NCBI GenBank assembly: GCA_973895155.1
Contig: OZ316892.1
Location: 30,448,932-30,512,931 of the forward strand
From: Marsupella aquatica
Lineage: Eukaryota; Plantae; Marchantiophyta
Direction of reading: 5' to 3'
Length of the DNA stretch: 64,000 nt
Made by a program: the position numbers and the translations under genes. Under the pieces are notes generated by a model, which was not told where the DNA came from, searched no databases, and was given only the letters and a program-made list of their open reading frames with translations. Below are positions 11,789-25,400 of the stretch, in pieces (within the stretch, counting starts at the first letter, position 1; every line of letters begins with the position of its first letter).

Positions 11789-14604
11789 TAGTAGATGGAT
11801 AGTATTTTGCAATTCTAGGAATGGGTCCAAAAATCATGAGGTGCCGGATAATGGTTCAAGCATATTGCCAGAGAGATTTTGAAACCTGAATTTAGGGTTT
11901 AGGGCCTCGCGCTGTGTGACATCTACCTTTGGTTGTGGTGGAGACTTCGCTGGTAGACCTGACTTTGGTGGCGTTGGTGTTCGCCTCAATGATGATGATG
12001 ATCCAACAGATTGATCTTTCTGACCTACTGCGGTTGGGACACTGCTATCTGCGGAGACCTTGATAGTGTCGACATTGGTTTGACGCTTCGGCGAAGAGTC
12101 GTCTTCTAGAGGGCCATCCGTTGCCGGGTTGAAACGACAGACCTCAAGTCGTCATTTCCCATTAGGAGGAATGGTTGGAACCCCTGACATGTCTCTGCAC
12201 TTACAAGAACCAAACAGTGATTAAAAATGAACGCCATTTGTGAAATGAAAAGCCTTTCCACGCTAAAAAACAATGAATGCCTTGACGCAGAGTTCTTCAC
12301 TGAAAAAAGATCAAAGAGGTGCGTACCTGAACTTGATCTGGTGAGCGTTGAGGACTTGTAATACTAATAGCAGTTCCAAATCAACGAGCTCAAGACGGAG
12401 GCGGTGGAAATGATCGGGAGAACGATTCCAAAGATTGGAGGTTTTAGGGTGTCTGGCTTTGTTTAAGTGGAGGGTTCGCCTTGCATTCGCCTGTGGTTCA
12501 AACGGTAATTGTCCCGTTTACTTGCAAGTGACTTGATTAGGTTCCAAACGGCCTTAATCATCCTTGACTCGTCAATAATGAGATGCGGATTCTTGTCACG
12601 CGGGAATTGCGCTATACTTTTCCGTTTTTGCTTTGCCTCGGGTGGGAATTTTCACATGTGGGAGCCTGTATCTGGAGCCCGTACCTCGTGTGAGTGGCCC
12701 AAAGTGTTGGTGTGATTGGACTAGCGATTTCGCTGGCCTGAAGCAAATGTCATTTTGAATGATTGGACACGGAGGTAAAAACAGGTGGCTAGAGTTGCCT
12801 CGTAAAAATTGGTCCAAATGTTTTCTCCCAGTACATTCAAGGGACTAGAACATGCTCATGTTTACTCATTTCCTATGTCATTATCTTCTCCTTTTTTGAT
12901 GATCAAACGGGGTCTTCATGCTAGCAAGGAAGATTCCGGACCTGATTTTGGGGCCCAATACAAGGGGAAAACACTTGTCTGTGCAAGCAAAAATTCTACT
13001 ATTTGCTCGCATGTTACAATTACCCTCTGAGAGGTGCCTTCTATTCCCTGGTTAGAAATATATTAAGATTTAGGATTAGGATATTCCTGCCTTGATTGTA
13101 GGTGCTTTGCTCCTTTGGCTGGGGCTCGGTTGTCTTTGGGTATGCCTGGATGGGTCCCATGGGCTCCTTTGTCTGCGACCTCAGTGTGTCACTTACCTAT
13201 GACACAGATGAAGTAGGCTTTTTGTCTTCCCCCTCACTTCGGGGCTGACTCGAAGTTAGTTTCAGGTTTTTGCTTGGCCATGATTTCACTTGACTTTGTC
13301 TTCGCTTGGCTTTGGTGCTGGCCACCTGGCTTTCTTTCCCTTTTGGGGCTTTGTGGGCTTTGCCCTGGCCTGTTTGGTCCTCCTTTCCCGCGGCGTTTTG
13401 CAGGTTTTTTGAAAAAAAGGGAAAAAAAGAAGAAGAAAAAAAAGAGCAAGCTGAGTTGCGCTCCAACTGTCAACGCACAGCCGAACCCACATTCACCGCA
13501 GCCGGTCATCCTGAGCCCAGACAAAACACCTGAATCTACTCAAGCTCTCGATGAACATGGAATGAGAGGCACGAAGAAGAATGACTAGAATGCGAGAGAA
13601 AGCTCATCCCGGCCGAGACGGAAATGGCTCCTGCACAGATGACAAACTTCCAGCCTGACGGCGTTTCCAGAAAGTGAAATGGGAAGTGGCCACATCCTGC
13701 TGCTCTCCTAGATTAACGCCCGCCCAGGAAACCACCGGGCCCATTGAACAAAATCTGGGCCGTCCAATAGCAGCTGTCCGTTGGATGGCGATGCAGGAAC
13801 GCCCTCAACCCTAACAATCTGGGCCGTTCATTTTTAAATGGAGGGCAAAGATTAGCCGCGGATTGAGCACCCTGAATGGACGGCCCAGATTGGCCGCGGG
13901 TAGAGCAGCCTGAATGAAGGACCAAGATTTGCATCATGAAGGGCGATCCCGAATGGAGGGCTAAGTACCAATACATCGTTAAGGAGTAAGGAAGGACCAT
14001 AAACATATACATAGGGGTTCTCAAATATAGACCCGGAGGTTAGACAAGGCACAACAGGTCGGCAACGGACCAACATTGGGAGGTCTCAAATATAGGCCCG
14101 GGGGTTTACACAAGGCACAACTGGTCGGGAACGGATCAACTCCTTGTCTGCCGACCGAGGAGGCCGTCGGCATAAAGAGTCCGAGCATTCGGTATACTGG
14201 TCTGTTCGGCATAGACTGAAGTGAGGCGGATTCGCTAGCAGTCTGGTTTGGAAATTTTGAGGTGGTGAATCGTTGCATGTTTAATTGATTGTCATGATAC
14301 ACTGCGGATCAAATGGCCTTACATCGTGCGTTTGCAGGATTTGGACTGGGTTTTCGGTGATCCAGGGTTTGGTGGATGGTGAGTTTCACGGCCTTGTACC
14401 GTAGTTTTCATCCTTGTGGTGCTCTTTCCTCTGTCGCTTCCTCTGTTGCTACGATTTCTGTCAACCCGAGGGTTTCGTTTCTGCTTGTCATTTGTATGTG
14501 CTTTCTTTTGTTATAACTTGCGTTTGTGGCTGTCTTGTCTCTGCCTGGTTTCATAGCATATATCTTAAGAAGTAAGCAGTATATTGTTCAGCCTGCAAGA
14601 TCCA

Positions 14605-16699
14605 ATGGCGAGTGGTGAAGAAGAAAATGTTATGAACCTGCTTCGGAGAACTATTGATGACGAACCGCAACTGCGAGACATTACTGCGAAATTACGCCGT
14701 GCGCTGGTCGGAGTACCTTTGTTGCTAGAGTTGTCGGAATTGGAGCTCGAAACCTTAATCCAGCGCGTGTTCCCAGTGGCACCTGACGGATTGGAAATCG
14801 CAATTAAGTGTGCAATTCGGCTTCAAAAACGAAACTCTACGGATGGTAATTCCAACTGAATTTCACAGCAATGTGTTTCTCGTCAGTATCTTCTGGTTCT
14901 TGTTCTGGTTTGTCTTTTCGTTGAGTTTTTTCCTTTGAGCACCCCTCTGTTGCTGCTTTGTTTTCTTTGCTGAAAAGTGATCAAGGGTATCATGGACAGC
15001 AGCTGTCTCCCTTGCTCTGGCATTTGTTTGGAAAGCACTTTTGCAATTACAGGTGTCCTGTGTCTTCCTGCTTTGCTAACCGATAAAGCATTTCTGCCGG
15101 AATCGTGCCAAATTTGTAGGGCTCATTGCTCGAGTGATTATTGGATGACTTTCCTGTTTTTCTCATCCTCTTCAACACTTAGAGACCGATGTGTATGCAG
15201 AGGGAGCTCGACCTTCAAAGAAAGCAAAATTCCTGTCCTCGGAAGAAAGAATTTCTGCTAGAAGTAGCTATTTTAGGAAACTGTTGGAAGCCCCTGCTGA
15301 GCTCCCCGTAAGTGTCAATCAACTGAAGGAGTTTTTGTCCATGACACCAGTAAAGCTCCCAGTACTCTATGAGCTAACTAACGAGAACTTGGGCCAGCCT
15401 AATCTGGTGGTACTTGATACTTCCGAAGGGGCGAGTCAATTGGCAATTTTTTGCGAAACTGTGTTCCGATTGATGAAACGTTCCCTTCCAGGCAATGAGG
15501 CCACCAGCTCTTATCAATTGGCTACTCTCACTGGAGAGTTCATCTCATTATTAAATGAGGAGGCTCCAGCAAACGGAAAATTACAAGGTTTGGACTGGTT
15601 ACTGGATTCACCCAATCCCCCGACTAGTACTGTAGCATCGCGACCACTAAAACCGCTATTAAGACCAGATTTTCAGCTGTTTGTGAGGGATTGTCTCATT
15701 CTCCGATGGGAGAATAAGACAGTCCCGGCACTTCGGCACGAGGCTACAGTTGAGAACACCTCAAACTTAAAGGCATGGAGCCCTTTGTTCTATGGTAAGC
15801 TCCCTTATGTGATTGGTGGTGGCTGCGGTGGAAGGCAGTTTCAATGGCTGAAGCTCTATCCGCGAGGCAAGAAAATTGTTTCTGAAAGTATCTCACAACT
15901 CTATGACTTGAATATGTTGAGCGATGTAGCCAAGTTCCTACATAGCACCATTCGGATGCACTGTCTCCTACAGAAACTACAGGAAGAACTGGATAGTAAC
16001 ATCCCCTTGGTATTATATAGGCCAATAGCAAGAGGTGATGGTGGAGAAGTGACGATCTATCCTGACTGCGTGACGAAGGAAATCCCACGATTGATGAAAG
16101 ATAAGGTGACCGCGATAAAATGCCTGTATGAAAAAATCGATGGTTCCAGGTACCTGATCCAACTTATATCCGCCCGATCATCCAGGGCTAAAACAGTATT
16201 GCGACTACAACCTGTTGGTGACCCATCTGCAAAGCCTAAGGATTGCAAGGATTTAGTAAATGCCACACATGACATGTTATGCGGCCTTGCGGACTTGCAC
16301 ATGAAAGGCTACACCCACAGGGACATAAGGTGGCCCAACGTTATCAAAGTAAATGATATGGGTGAATGGAAATGGGTGATCATAGACTTGGAAGCTGCTG
16401 GAGACGACAATGAAGTATGGGTTGGTGAGGACTTAACGGGTTGGGATGCGGAAACGTTGGAAGAAGACAATGACAAAAGGAAAAGGAAAAGATACACCAA
16501 GGGATCGGACATGTACCAACTCGGGAAACTTATAGCTGAATGGCTCGATGACTTTTCTATAGGCGGTACGGAAGAACGTCAATTGATGAGATCCCGGGCA
16601 AAACAAATGCAGCAGGAGCGTACAGCAGCAGCGAAGATGCTTGCGGATATCTGCAAGAAACGTTGCGAACGATGTCGCGTGTTTGGCACAAAGCTGTAG
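14605..16699 (+). CDS. Crinkler (CRN/CR)-like protein: helical header + PD-(D/E)XK nuclease-like domain + protein kinase domain; exons 14605-14845 and 15201-16699
   Basis: A phase-1 GT-AG intron (14846-15200) joins the exons in frame (D-E-GARPSKK). LRPDF...RWENK nuclease-like motif, WSPLFYGKLPY, kinase catalytic loop HRDIRWPN, IIDLE and SDMYQLG. Confidence 0.8.
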
Positions 16700-19600
16700 A
16701 CAGGATTCTGATACTCGTATCAGTAACTCATTGGAAGGTGATCTGCTTTCCCTGAAATTCGTGTTCAATTCTCATCAGCATACTCATCTTGGGTGGTTTA
16801 CCCTTCGTTTTGCCCATTGATCTTACTCTAGATGACTACAACTCGGTCACTTCTTGTGGATGTTGATCTTTTCAATCTCCAATGCACTTCACATGGATAC
16901 GTTAGGTGGCAGGCATGATAGTGTTGATCTGCTGTTTTCTGGTGTTGTGTGTCTGTTTCAGTTAGTCTGAAAAGTAGGTGCTTCTTGTTTCTCAGGCAAT
17001 GCCAAGACCGCATTCCTTGCTGAGATTTGGGCCTCAAAACCCTGAAGATAGTGATGACTATAGTTCACATTTCATGAGAGGGGTGTGTTGGAGTGACAGT
17101 TGGTGGCCAACTTTGAAGACACAATCAACGATCAACTGATGACACCCTAAGAGAACATTTAACATTTTTGTATTAAATTTTACTTCTTGACACGCAAGTA
17201 TAACTGATACATTTCTATCTTCCATATTTGTTGAGTTCTGTCAAGTCGATTGCTGTTGATTGGCATCAACTGTCTCTCCTTGGAGGAGACTGCCCTATGT
17301 TTTTTCTTCTCCAAATCTTCATTGACTGACAGATGCAATAACAAAACCCAATTGTAATTGGAGAAGTCAGAGAAACCATAGGATCAGGTGTCCCCATATA
17401 GGAGAAGCCAGAGAAACTATGGTTGAATCAGTTGTCACCATATGACATGGACTTGACTGTCCAAAATTGAGTCTAATGCAGTTAGTATACACAATTTGCA
17501 TAGCATTGTTGGTATGCAAAATTTGCACGAAGATGGCAGACGAGAGCCACGTTGCCCCCTTTTTCACTCTGCCTTACCAGAACTTTGCCTTCGATCATAC
17601 CATTATTTTTGATGGAACAGGATAGGAAGTAGCAACTAGAGGCACAAATTGAGTGATGCTCCACATGTAAGCATACTTTAATGTACTTCTCTGCACTTAC
17701 AGTAGCAACGAGGTCCAAAGACATTCAGTAGTTTGGGATGATGAATCCTCCGTTGATTTTTGTCGAATAGATTGATTTTCAAGTCTAAAATCCCCCACTT
17801 GGGAAAGGAAAGGACAGAGTACAAGATGCCAAAAAATGACCCAATCAAGAATGAGGACACACGGGACCAAAGAAGGGCACAGGAGAGTTTAAAATATCAA
17901 TGGGTTTGAGCCCAATCGTCAAGGAACAGGAGATTCTCCCTCTGCGTCGGAAACTGAGTGGGAAGTTAGCAGAATAAGCTACAATTGCTAGAGTTTCCCC
18001 CAAATAGGAACTACTGCATACCTACATCGGTTGCCAATTAGATACTCTTTTTCATTGTGAGATCCTTTTGAACTATCTTTGACATATCTGCCTTGCTCAC
18101 TCTGCAAGTCGTGAGATCATGTACGGAATCTGACAATTTAATCCCAATAATGGTCTTCCAAGAGATTGATCTGAGAGGCATGGTTGCGTGAGCCTTCACT
18201 TCTTCCTTTCCAAAACCTGACAGCAATCCACTATGAAATAATCAGACCGAGCTGTCAAAACAAATACAGAACTACACTAAATGCAATTCTTCTGTACATT
18301 CTGCCCTTTACAACGTAGTTCATATGACGCAAAAAAGAAGCCCCTCTCATTCAACTGCCAAACTTTCAAACGATGGATAGTATTCGGCAACCAATGCAAA
18401 TCTCAGGACGGTCCTTTGTCATTAACACCGCGGCCGGACTGATAAATTTTGAGACTCACAAGTCCTGAAATTCAGATGCCATAAAGAAAAACTTCTTCTA
18501 TGAGTTGCCTTAACTCACCAGGTAAAGTCTTCGATATCTCTCTTTAGTTTACTCCCAGTCTTCCTTTCAGAAACCTGCGGAAGTCTTAGAATAAGCTTGA
18601 CAACTTCCATATTAGCTCACTGTTTCCCCTTCCGCAGCTTACCAATCTCAAGATGGAACTTTAAAAACTGTACCAGGACGTTCGCCTCGATCAGTTTCTA
18701 TGGTCCAGTTGACTACACACATAATCTGGAACCTTTTGAAGGACTCATGAAGACAACTACTTCATTGTCCACTGATTGCGAAATGATTCACGGTAAGCTG
18801 CATCTTGATCCCTGGCTAGCTGACTAACAGTTGCATCCGTGACACGCCCATTCAGTAGCCTGCGAGCCAGCCTATCCTTTACCGTTGGTTTCTTTCGCAA
18901 GAGAGCAGTCAGCCCACCTCTTGGCTTTTCTGTACGAGAGTCAGCATTGCCCCCTTTCACCAAAAGCCCCACTAGGAGCCTCACCAAATTCTCCTAATCT
19001 AATTTGAGCAGTAGCTGCTTCTCTTAAGCAGGCCTCGTTGTGCTCTCTAGTTCTTTTCGCTCTGTGTCTCCATGCTAGTGCCTTGGCTTGTTCTCCATCT
19101 TCCTAACGTTCCCTATCGCCTGCTCCGCTAGCTCGACCGGGTCTAAGCTTTGATGACCTGTAAGGATGCCAGTTTCAGCGGGTCATTGTAACGTGCGAGT
19201 AAACAGTAAAAAAATTCCTCCTGGAACATTTTCTCCTTGCCATATGCAAAATCTGGCATGGAAATTACCTCTGTAGCATGAATTGACACTCGCTAGCCTA
19301 AAAGTAATTTGTTTTACAACAGAAACTTCATTATTACATTACATTACGAAACCTATCGTCGGCAGTATATTTGTACATATCATGTATTTCTCGCACAACC
19401 GGCCACTCAAACCAACCATAATTGACCCTACTATTTGAAAGTACATCAGGCCAGCAAAATCGCTAGCCATCGTGCAGCCCATAATTCTCCCACGAACTTT
19501 GGTGTGCGGTCTTTAACAACGTGAAAAATGCATCATGAGAACGGACTGGGAATAACGGTCTTTGACTAAAGCAATGTTGGGAGTGCATCCCCGGACAGAA

Positions 19601-20839
19601 TCCAAAGCTCCATACGCTATCAAGCGTGACACTCATCGTACCCCCTAACAGACCGGATCCCGAAACCATTGTGTAGGATCTCCCGCTTTCCACCATCCCC
19701 TATATCTCACTCGGACCTTCTGAACCATTTCCATTCCTTCCATTTCGGTCATTGTTTTGCGCTCTCCTTCTCTTCGCCGCGAGACTCCAAACGCGCTTCT
19801 CTTCTTCTCTTTGCGGGACTCGAAGGCCTGTCATGTTCTACTGTCATTGCAGCATTGCAAAGAGTTCCTCGGCAATCATACGCACCAGGGATTTGTAAGT
19901 CGGTTCCGGATTGAGGTATCTCCGTTCTCTGTCACTTATTTTCTCCCTGCTATTTGGTCATCTTTGAGGTATTGAATGTCATCTGCTTTCTGGTTTGTCG
20001 ACATAAGTAGATCTTGCATAAGATTATAAATAATCTGAATCGCATTGGTTTCAGTTACAAAGAGAAATAGCACGGAACAGGGTAAAGCTCCTCCAAAATG
20101 GATTAAGTCCTCCGATATAACGCCAAAATAAACGGTCCACTAGACTCCCCGCCAAGCTAACCTCAACCAAAGCAGAGTAGTATAACCATGCAATGAAGAG
20201 TAGTACATCTTCTTCCACTTGGTCTTTCCCTTTGTCTGCAAGGAATCACAGGTAATGACACCTTCTAAGGAGACATCTTCCAAGTCGGTCTCCCAAACTC
20301 CCTTGTCTTCTCGCTCAAATGTTCCCCTCACTAAGGGGGTATCAGAGAAGCGGAAGAGAGAGGAGTCATACTGGAGGGACCTGGAGATTCACAACTATTG
20401 GACGGAAAATGTACTCGCTTCATCCGACTATGATACGATTTCTGACTCCGATTCCGATGCATACAAGGCAGCAAGTCCTTGATCAGAAGTCCATGATCAG
20501 TAGTCCAGCTTCTAGGGCATAGACATTTTGTAACAATCTAGTTCTCCTGAGTCCGGACCCTTGACCTCGAAGTTCCAAGAGTTCTCGGACGTTTGGTGTG
20601 TAACAGAGTTATATCTCAAAACGGTTGGGTTGAATTTGGAATAAATGTTTGAACAGTTTGTCCTATTGCAATGTTACAATGTGTACTATTCTTGCTAGCG
20701 ACATTGCTAGTAAAACTATGAATGATTACACTGGTTTCTTTCATCGCATGTATATCCAAAAAGCAATTGTACACCATCAGTTATGGAGAGTAGTGTTTTG
20801 TCAAACAGCAACCGTTTAACACAAAACCCAAAAATTTAA

Positions 20840-21967
20840 GTTTAGGGTTTAGGGTGTCATCCCCAGTTTTTTAAGTACTAGTGAGATTTGGGAATATTGG
20901 GGGTGAGTTTCACCCCAGTTTGTTGTGTGCGCATTTTGGAGGGGTTAGGGGTGGGGGTACCCCCCAATTTTTGGGGTACACGTACTAGGGGGCGAGTGCC
21001 ACCCTACTGTAGCTTTTGGGGGTGACGGTGGGGGAGGGGTTCCATGGGGGTTGAGGGTGAGGGTGTTTTGAGGGTGCGAGTACTAGGGGGCGTGTGCAAC
21101 CCTACTATAGCTTTTGGGGGTGTAACGAGCTGGGGGTGAGGGTGGGGGAGCGGTTCAATTCCATGGGGGTTGAGGGTGAGGGTGCCCCCCAGTTTTGAGG
21201 GTGCGAGTACTAGGGGGCGTGTGCAACCCTACTGTAGCATTTGGGGGTGTAATGAGCTGGGGGTGAGGGTGGGGGAGTGGTTCCATGGGAGTTGAGGGTG
21301 AGGGTGGCCCCCAGTTTTGAGGGTGCGAGTACTAGGGGGCGAGTGCCACCCTACTATAGCTTTTGGGGGTGTAACAAGCTAGGGGTGAGGGTGGGGGAGG
21401 GGTTCCATGGGGGTTGAGGGTAAGAGTGCCCCCCAGTTTTGAGGGTGCGAGTACTAGGGGGCGTGTGCAAGCCTACTGTAGCATTTGGGGGTGTAACAAG
21501 CTGGGGGTGAGGGTGGGGGAGCGGTTCCATGGGGGTTGAGGGTGAGGGTGCCCCCAGTTTTAAGGGTGCGAGTACTAGGGGGCGTGTCCAACCCTACTGT
21601 AGCATTTGGGGGTGTAATGAGCTGGGGGTGAGGGTGGGGGAGGGGTTCCATGGGGGTTGAGGGTGAGGGTACCCCCCAGTTTTGAGGGTGCGAGTACTAG
21701 GGGGCGTGTGCAACCCTATTGTAGCATTTGGGGGCGTAACAAGCTGGGGGTGACAGTGGGGGAGGGGTTCCATGGGGGTTGAGGGTGAGGGTGCCCCCAG
21801 TTTTGAGGGTGCGAGTACTAGGGGGCGTGTGCAACCCTACTATAGCATTTGGGGGTGTAACAAGCTGGGGGTGAGGATGGGGGAGCGGTTCCATGGGGGT
21901 TGAGGGTGAGGGTCGCCCCCAGTTTTGAGGGTGCAAGTACTAGGGGGCGTGTGCAACCCTACTATTG
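20840..21967. repeat. About 121-bp G-rich tandem repeat x9, preceded by (TTTAGGG)2
   Basis: tactaggggg recurs about every 121 bp from about 21081 to 21938, with degenerate copies from about 20880. Many G3-G6 runs on the + strand. Confidence 0.95.
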
Positions 21968-22466
21968 CTGTACATATCTTCTCCGCACAGCGCGTGCAAT
22001 GAGGCCAGTTTTTAGGCCATTTCAGGGTATTTAGGGAGCCTAGTGCATGGTCTCCTACATGCGGTGCACGGTCTCCACATTTCAGCATTTGGACTCCCAC
22101 AACATTATTGTTTAAACCTTTAAACTCCGCTAGTATTGATTAGGGTGACTTACGGGTGGTTACCATAGACTCCCATAACATTATTTTTTAAATATTCATA
22201 CACCACTAGCATTGATGGTGACTCACTTGCAATCTTGCACTCCCATAACATTTCCAGCTAAACTCTTTTGCAGCTATAGCATTCATGTCAAAACCTTTGG
22301 ACTCCGTTAGCATCAAAAGTGTCACCATTCAATTAGGTACGTGGGAAATGACATACAAAGGAAACAAAGCTTGGTTGGGAAGCATTGGTCTTCTAGAATT
22401 CCTGTTGCCCGCCTTCAATCTGGTTCCTTAATGTGCTCGTCACCTTCAATTTCCCTTCTGCGCCAT

Positions 22467-25400
22467 TGTCGTGCGCCCCATGGCTCCCTAAACCCAAGAA
22501 ACCCCCCAGCACAAGCCGATTCCCGCAGGTTTCGCGCTTGGCGAGGCCGTTTTCATGGCTTAGCGGCATGGGACGCTGCTAACTTCTTCCTCTACTACTA
22601 TTAACATTTTACACACATATACTGGACAGATCCTTCATCGGGTCATGAGATACGTAGCCGGCCTAATCTAGGCCTTCCCTTGTCTTCCCCTCCTTCTGGT
22701 TAGGTATGTTTGGATTCCGCCGCCGGAATGATCCCCAATAGGCTTGGTTAAGCCGCTAAGACCTCTCTCAGCTCGACACATCCAACTCTCACTCCCTTGC
22801 TTACTTTCCTTTGATGTGGGCACTCTTCACACAAGTTAATGCGACACACAAATAGCAAAATGACTCCTTCTGACTGAGTCATACCATGCACTTGCCATAC
22901 AAACAGTACATCTCATACACAAGCTCTGCGAACTAAGCCGTGAGGCCAACTCTATTCAGCTCTTGGCATGAGGAAACATGAATATACACAAGGGTCACTG
23001 TATGACTAACCGAGAGCTTCTCTTACTACTTGATCCCAGCCCGGCTGGTGCAACTAAAAACTTGCTAAAGAAGAGGCCCTGAGCTCCCCGCTGCCCAGGT
23101 ATTTATCCTGGTAGTGGATCCGCCTAATTCTTTGCAGCGTAAGCCTAATCTACCTAACTGAATCTACCTACGTACAGCGAGGCAGAAGTACAAGTGTGCT
23201 CTTACCAGTGGAACCACAATCCCACTAAGCTAAGTGTCAGGGCCGCCTCCTGGTCCTGATCCTAATCCTAAACTTAGAGATCTGAGCCCGCCCTGCCCAC
23301 TCACGCCTCCTCCCTCCACGTCCGCCCTCCTTGAAAGGAGCGACCCTCCACCACCATCATGGCAGCGGTGTCTGTTCCTCAGTGGACGCCCCCAACGTTT
23401 CCTCCTCAGCCACTGCCGTTGGCCCGTCTACTGACAGATTACCTGCCCTTGACCGAGTCAACTCTTCATCGGCCTGACTGGGTCCACCCCCGGCTTCGGC
23501 CTCGACATTGGTTTTGGCATCAGCTTTGGCCTTTGCCATGGCTTCGGCCTTTGCCGCGGCCTCAGCATCCCCTTCTTCTAGGGTAGTTGGATCTTTTGCC
23601 GTGACCCTGCCTGGGGTCGGTGCTGGGTTTACCTCCTTGGTCACCTCGGCCTGTGGAGCCGCATTACTCCTTGACCCAGAAGTTTTCCGCTTCTTCTTCT
23701 TCTCTGGTTCGGCAGCTGGTCCCTTCCCCTTCCCACTTACTTCCGGCACTGGTGCAAGTGGCGCGGCTTGTCCTTCGGTCAGTACCACTCCTGGTAACTT
23801 GGTTGCCCCAATTGGAGTTGGGCCTGATGAAGCCAAGCACTTAAATAATGCGGCTTGTTTCTTCAGCCACTCCGTTTGGTTGTCGGCTCGTCGTTGTAAG
23901 TTCTCCAGCCTCCGCGTGCTTTCCTCCAACTCCTCCTGCACCTCGTCCAGGTCCCTGTGGGCTTCCTTCAATTCTTTCTGGGATTCCTCCAGCTCCCTGT
24001 GGGCTTCCTTCAATTCCTCCTTCAAGGTAGCCCTCTCCTCCTGGGTTGCTCTTAGTTCTTTGTCGAGCTCCGTTACGACCACAGACTCCATTTTATTCAT
24101 CTTGGCATAAGTCTGGTCGAGCTGGTCATCTTTCTCCCGTAGGTCGACCTTGAAGCTGGCCGTCAGGGACGCAAGCTCCTGCTGCAGCGCAATAATCCCT
24201 TGATAGGATTTCCCTAACTCGGCCTCCTTCTGCTCCAGGGCTCCGCGGATATCCTTGAGCTCCCCCTTCAACGCCCTTTCCCTTCTCTGGGTCTCTGCCA
24301 TGGCCCGGTTGTTGGCTGTTATGTGGGCCTCCTCTGCATCCCTCAGCTCTCGCTTCCACTTCTCCCGCTCCTTGATCGCATCGGCCAACTCTCCTTGGGT
24401 CCGCATCAGTTTATTCTCGATAATCCGATTATCTGACTGTGCGGTATCCAACTGGCCCTGCATGATATTAAGCTCATGCCGCTTAATCCGCAGCTCATCT
24501 TGGGCTTTCCTGGTCGCCCTCAGGTCTTCGATTTTGGCTTCCCTTGCTTTAAGCCGACGGATGACCTCGTCCTTCTTGCTTCTTTCCAAGGCCATCGCTT
24601 CTTCTAATTGGCGCTTCTCCAACATCTCCCTCTGGAAAAAGGGTCCCTGCTCCAACTCCTCCCCAAAGATGCTGAGCGCCAATTCCCCACACATCTCCCC
24701 ATACTCCATGGCTCTATCTTTAGCATAGGTGGAGGAAGTAGAAGTCATCGGCATCATCCATCGCGGCCTCTGCTCCCAAGCCATCTTGCGTATTTCTTCT
24801 ATGGTGGCAAGAGGGTTGCTTCTTTTTTCGGCAAGCCGCCTGATGTCCTCCGGCCAATCTCCTCCTGGTAAATCCTTCTCCCTAGCCAGGGCCGCTTTCT
24901 CATCCTCCCTAAGTCGCTCTTGAAATTCCTGTGCCGTCTGCTTTATGCCGTCAAAGCTCGAGGGAGCAATCTCTGGTGGGGGAGACTTGGGGCTACTCTG
25001 CTGGTTGGGGTCCCCTCGGACTACTCTTGGGAGCGTGGGGATGAAGCGACCACAGGTCCTTACTCCTGGAACATGATGATCCAACCCGTAGCCGGAGTTA
25101 TCATTGCTGTAGTCCACCACCTCCTCCTCGGCTTGGACTACCGGCTTCTCCCGCTGTTCTCCTGGTTTTGTCGTGAACACGGCTTCACCTCTCATCGGTC
25201 TTGGTTCCTCCTCCGGCTTCCGTGTTGATCTCTTGTCCTCCTTGTCATGGCCGGAAGCTACGGCCTGCTTCTCCTCGGCTTCGGGACTAGAGGCTTCTAC
25301 ATACATCCGGACTCCCGGCTCGTGTTCCGGCCTCCTTCTCTCCTTGACTCCAGTAAAGGGGTTTTCCCTTGTAAGCCGGTTTAGGCCAACCTCTGGAGCA

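Noticed and set aside
17130-19000. Decayed minus-strand coding remnant
   Set aside because: Only short broken frames with no motif I can assign.
19670-20482. Small spliced gene ending in a Ser/Asp-rich 87-aa ORF
   Set aside because: A plausible GT-AG intron exists but there is no consistent start or domain; evidence is too weak.
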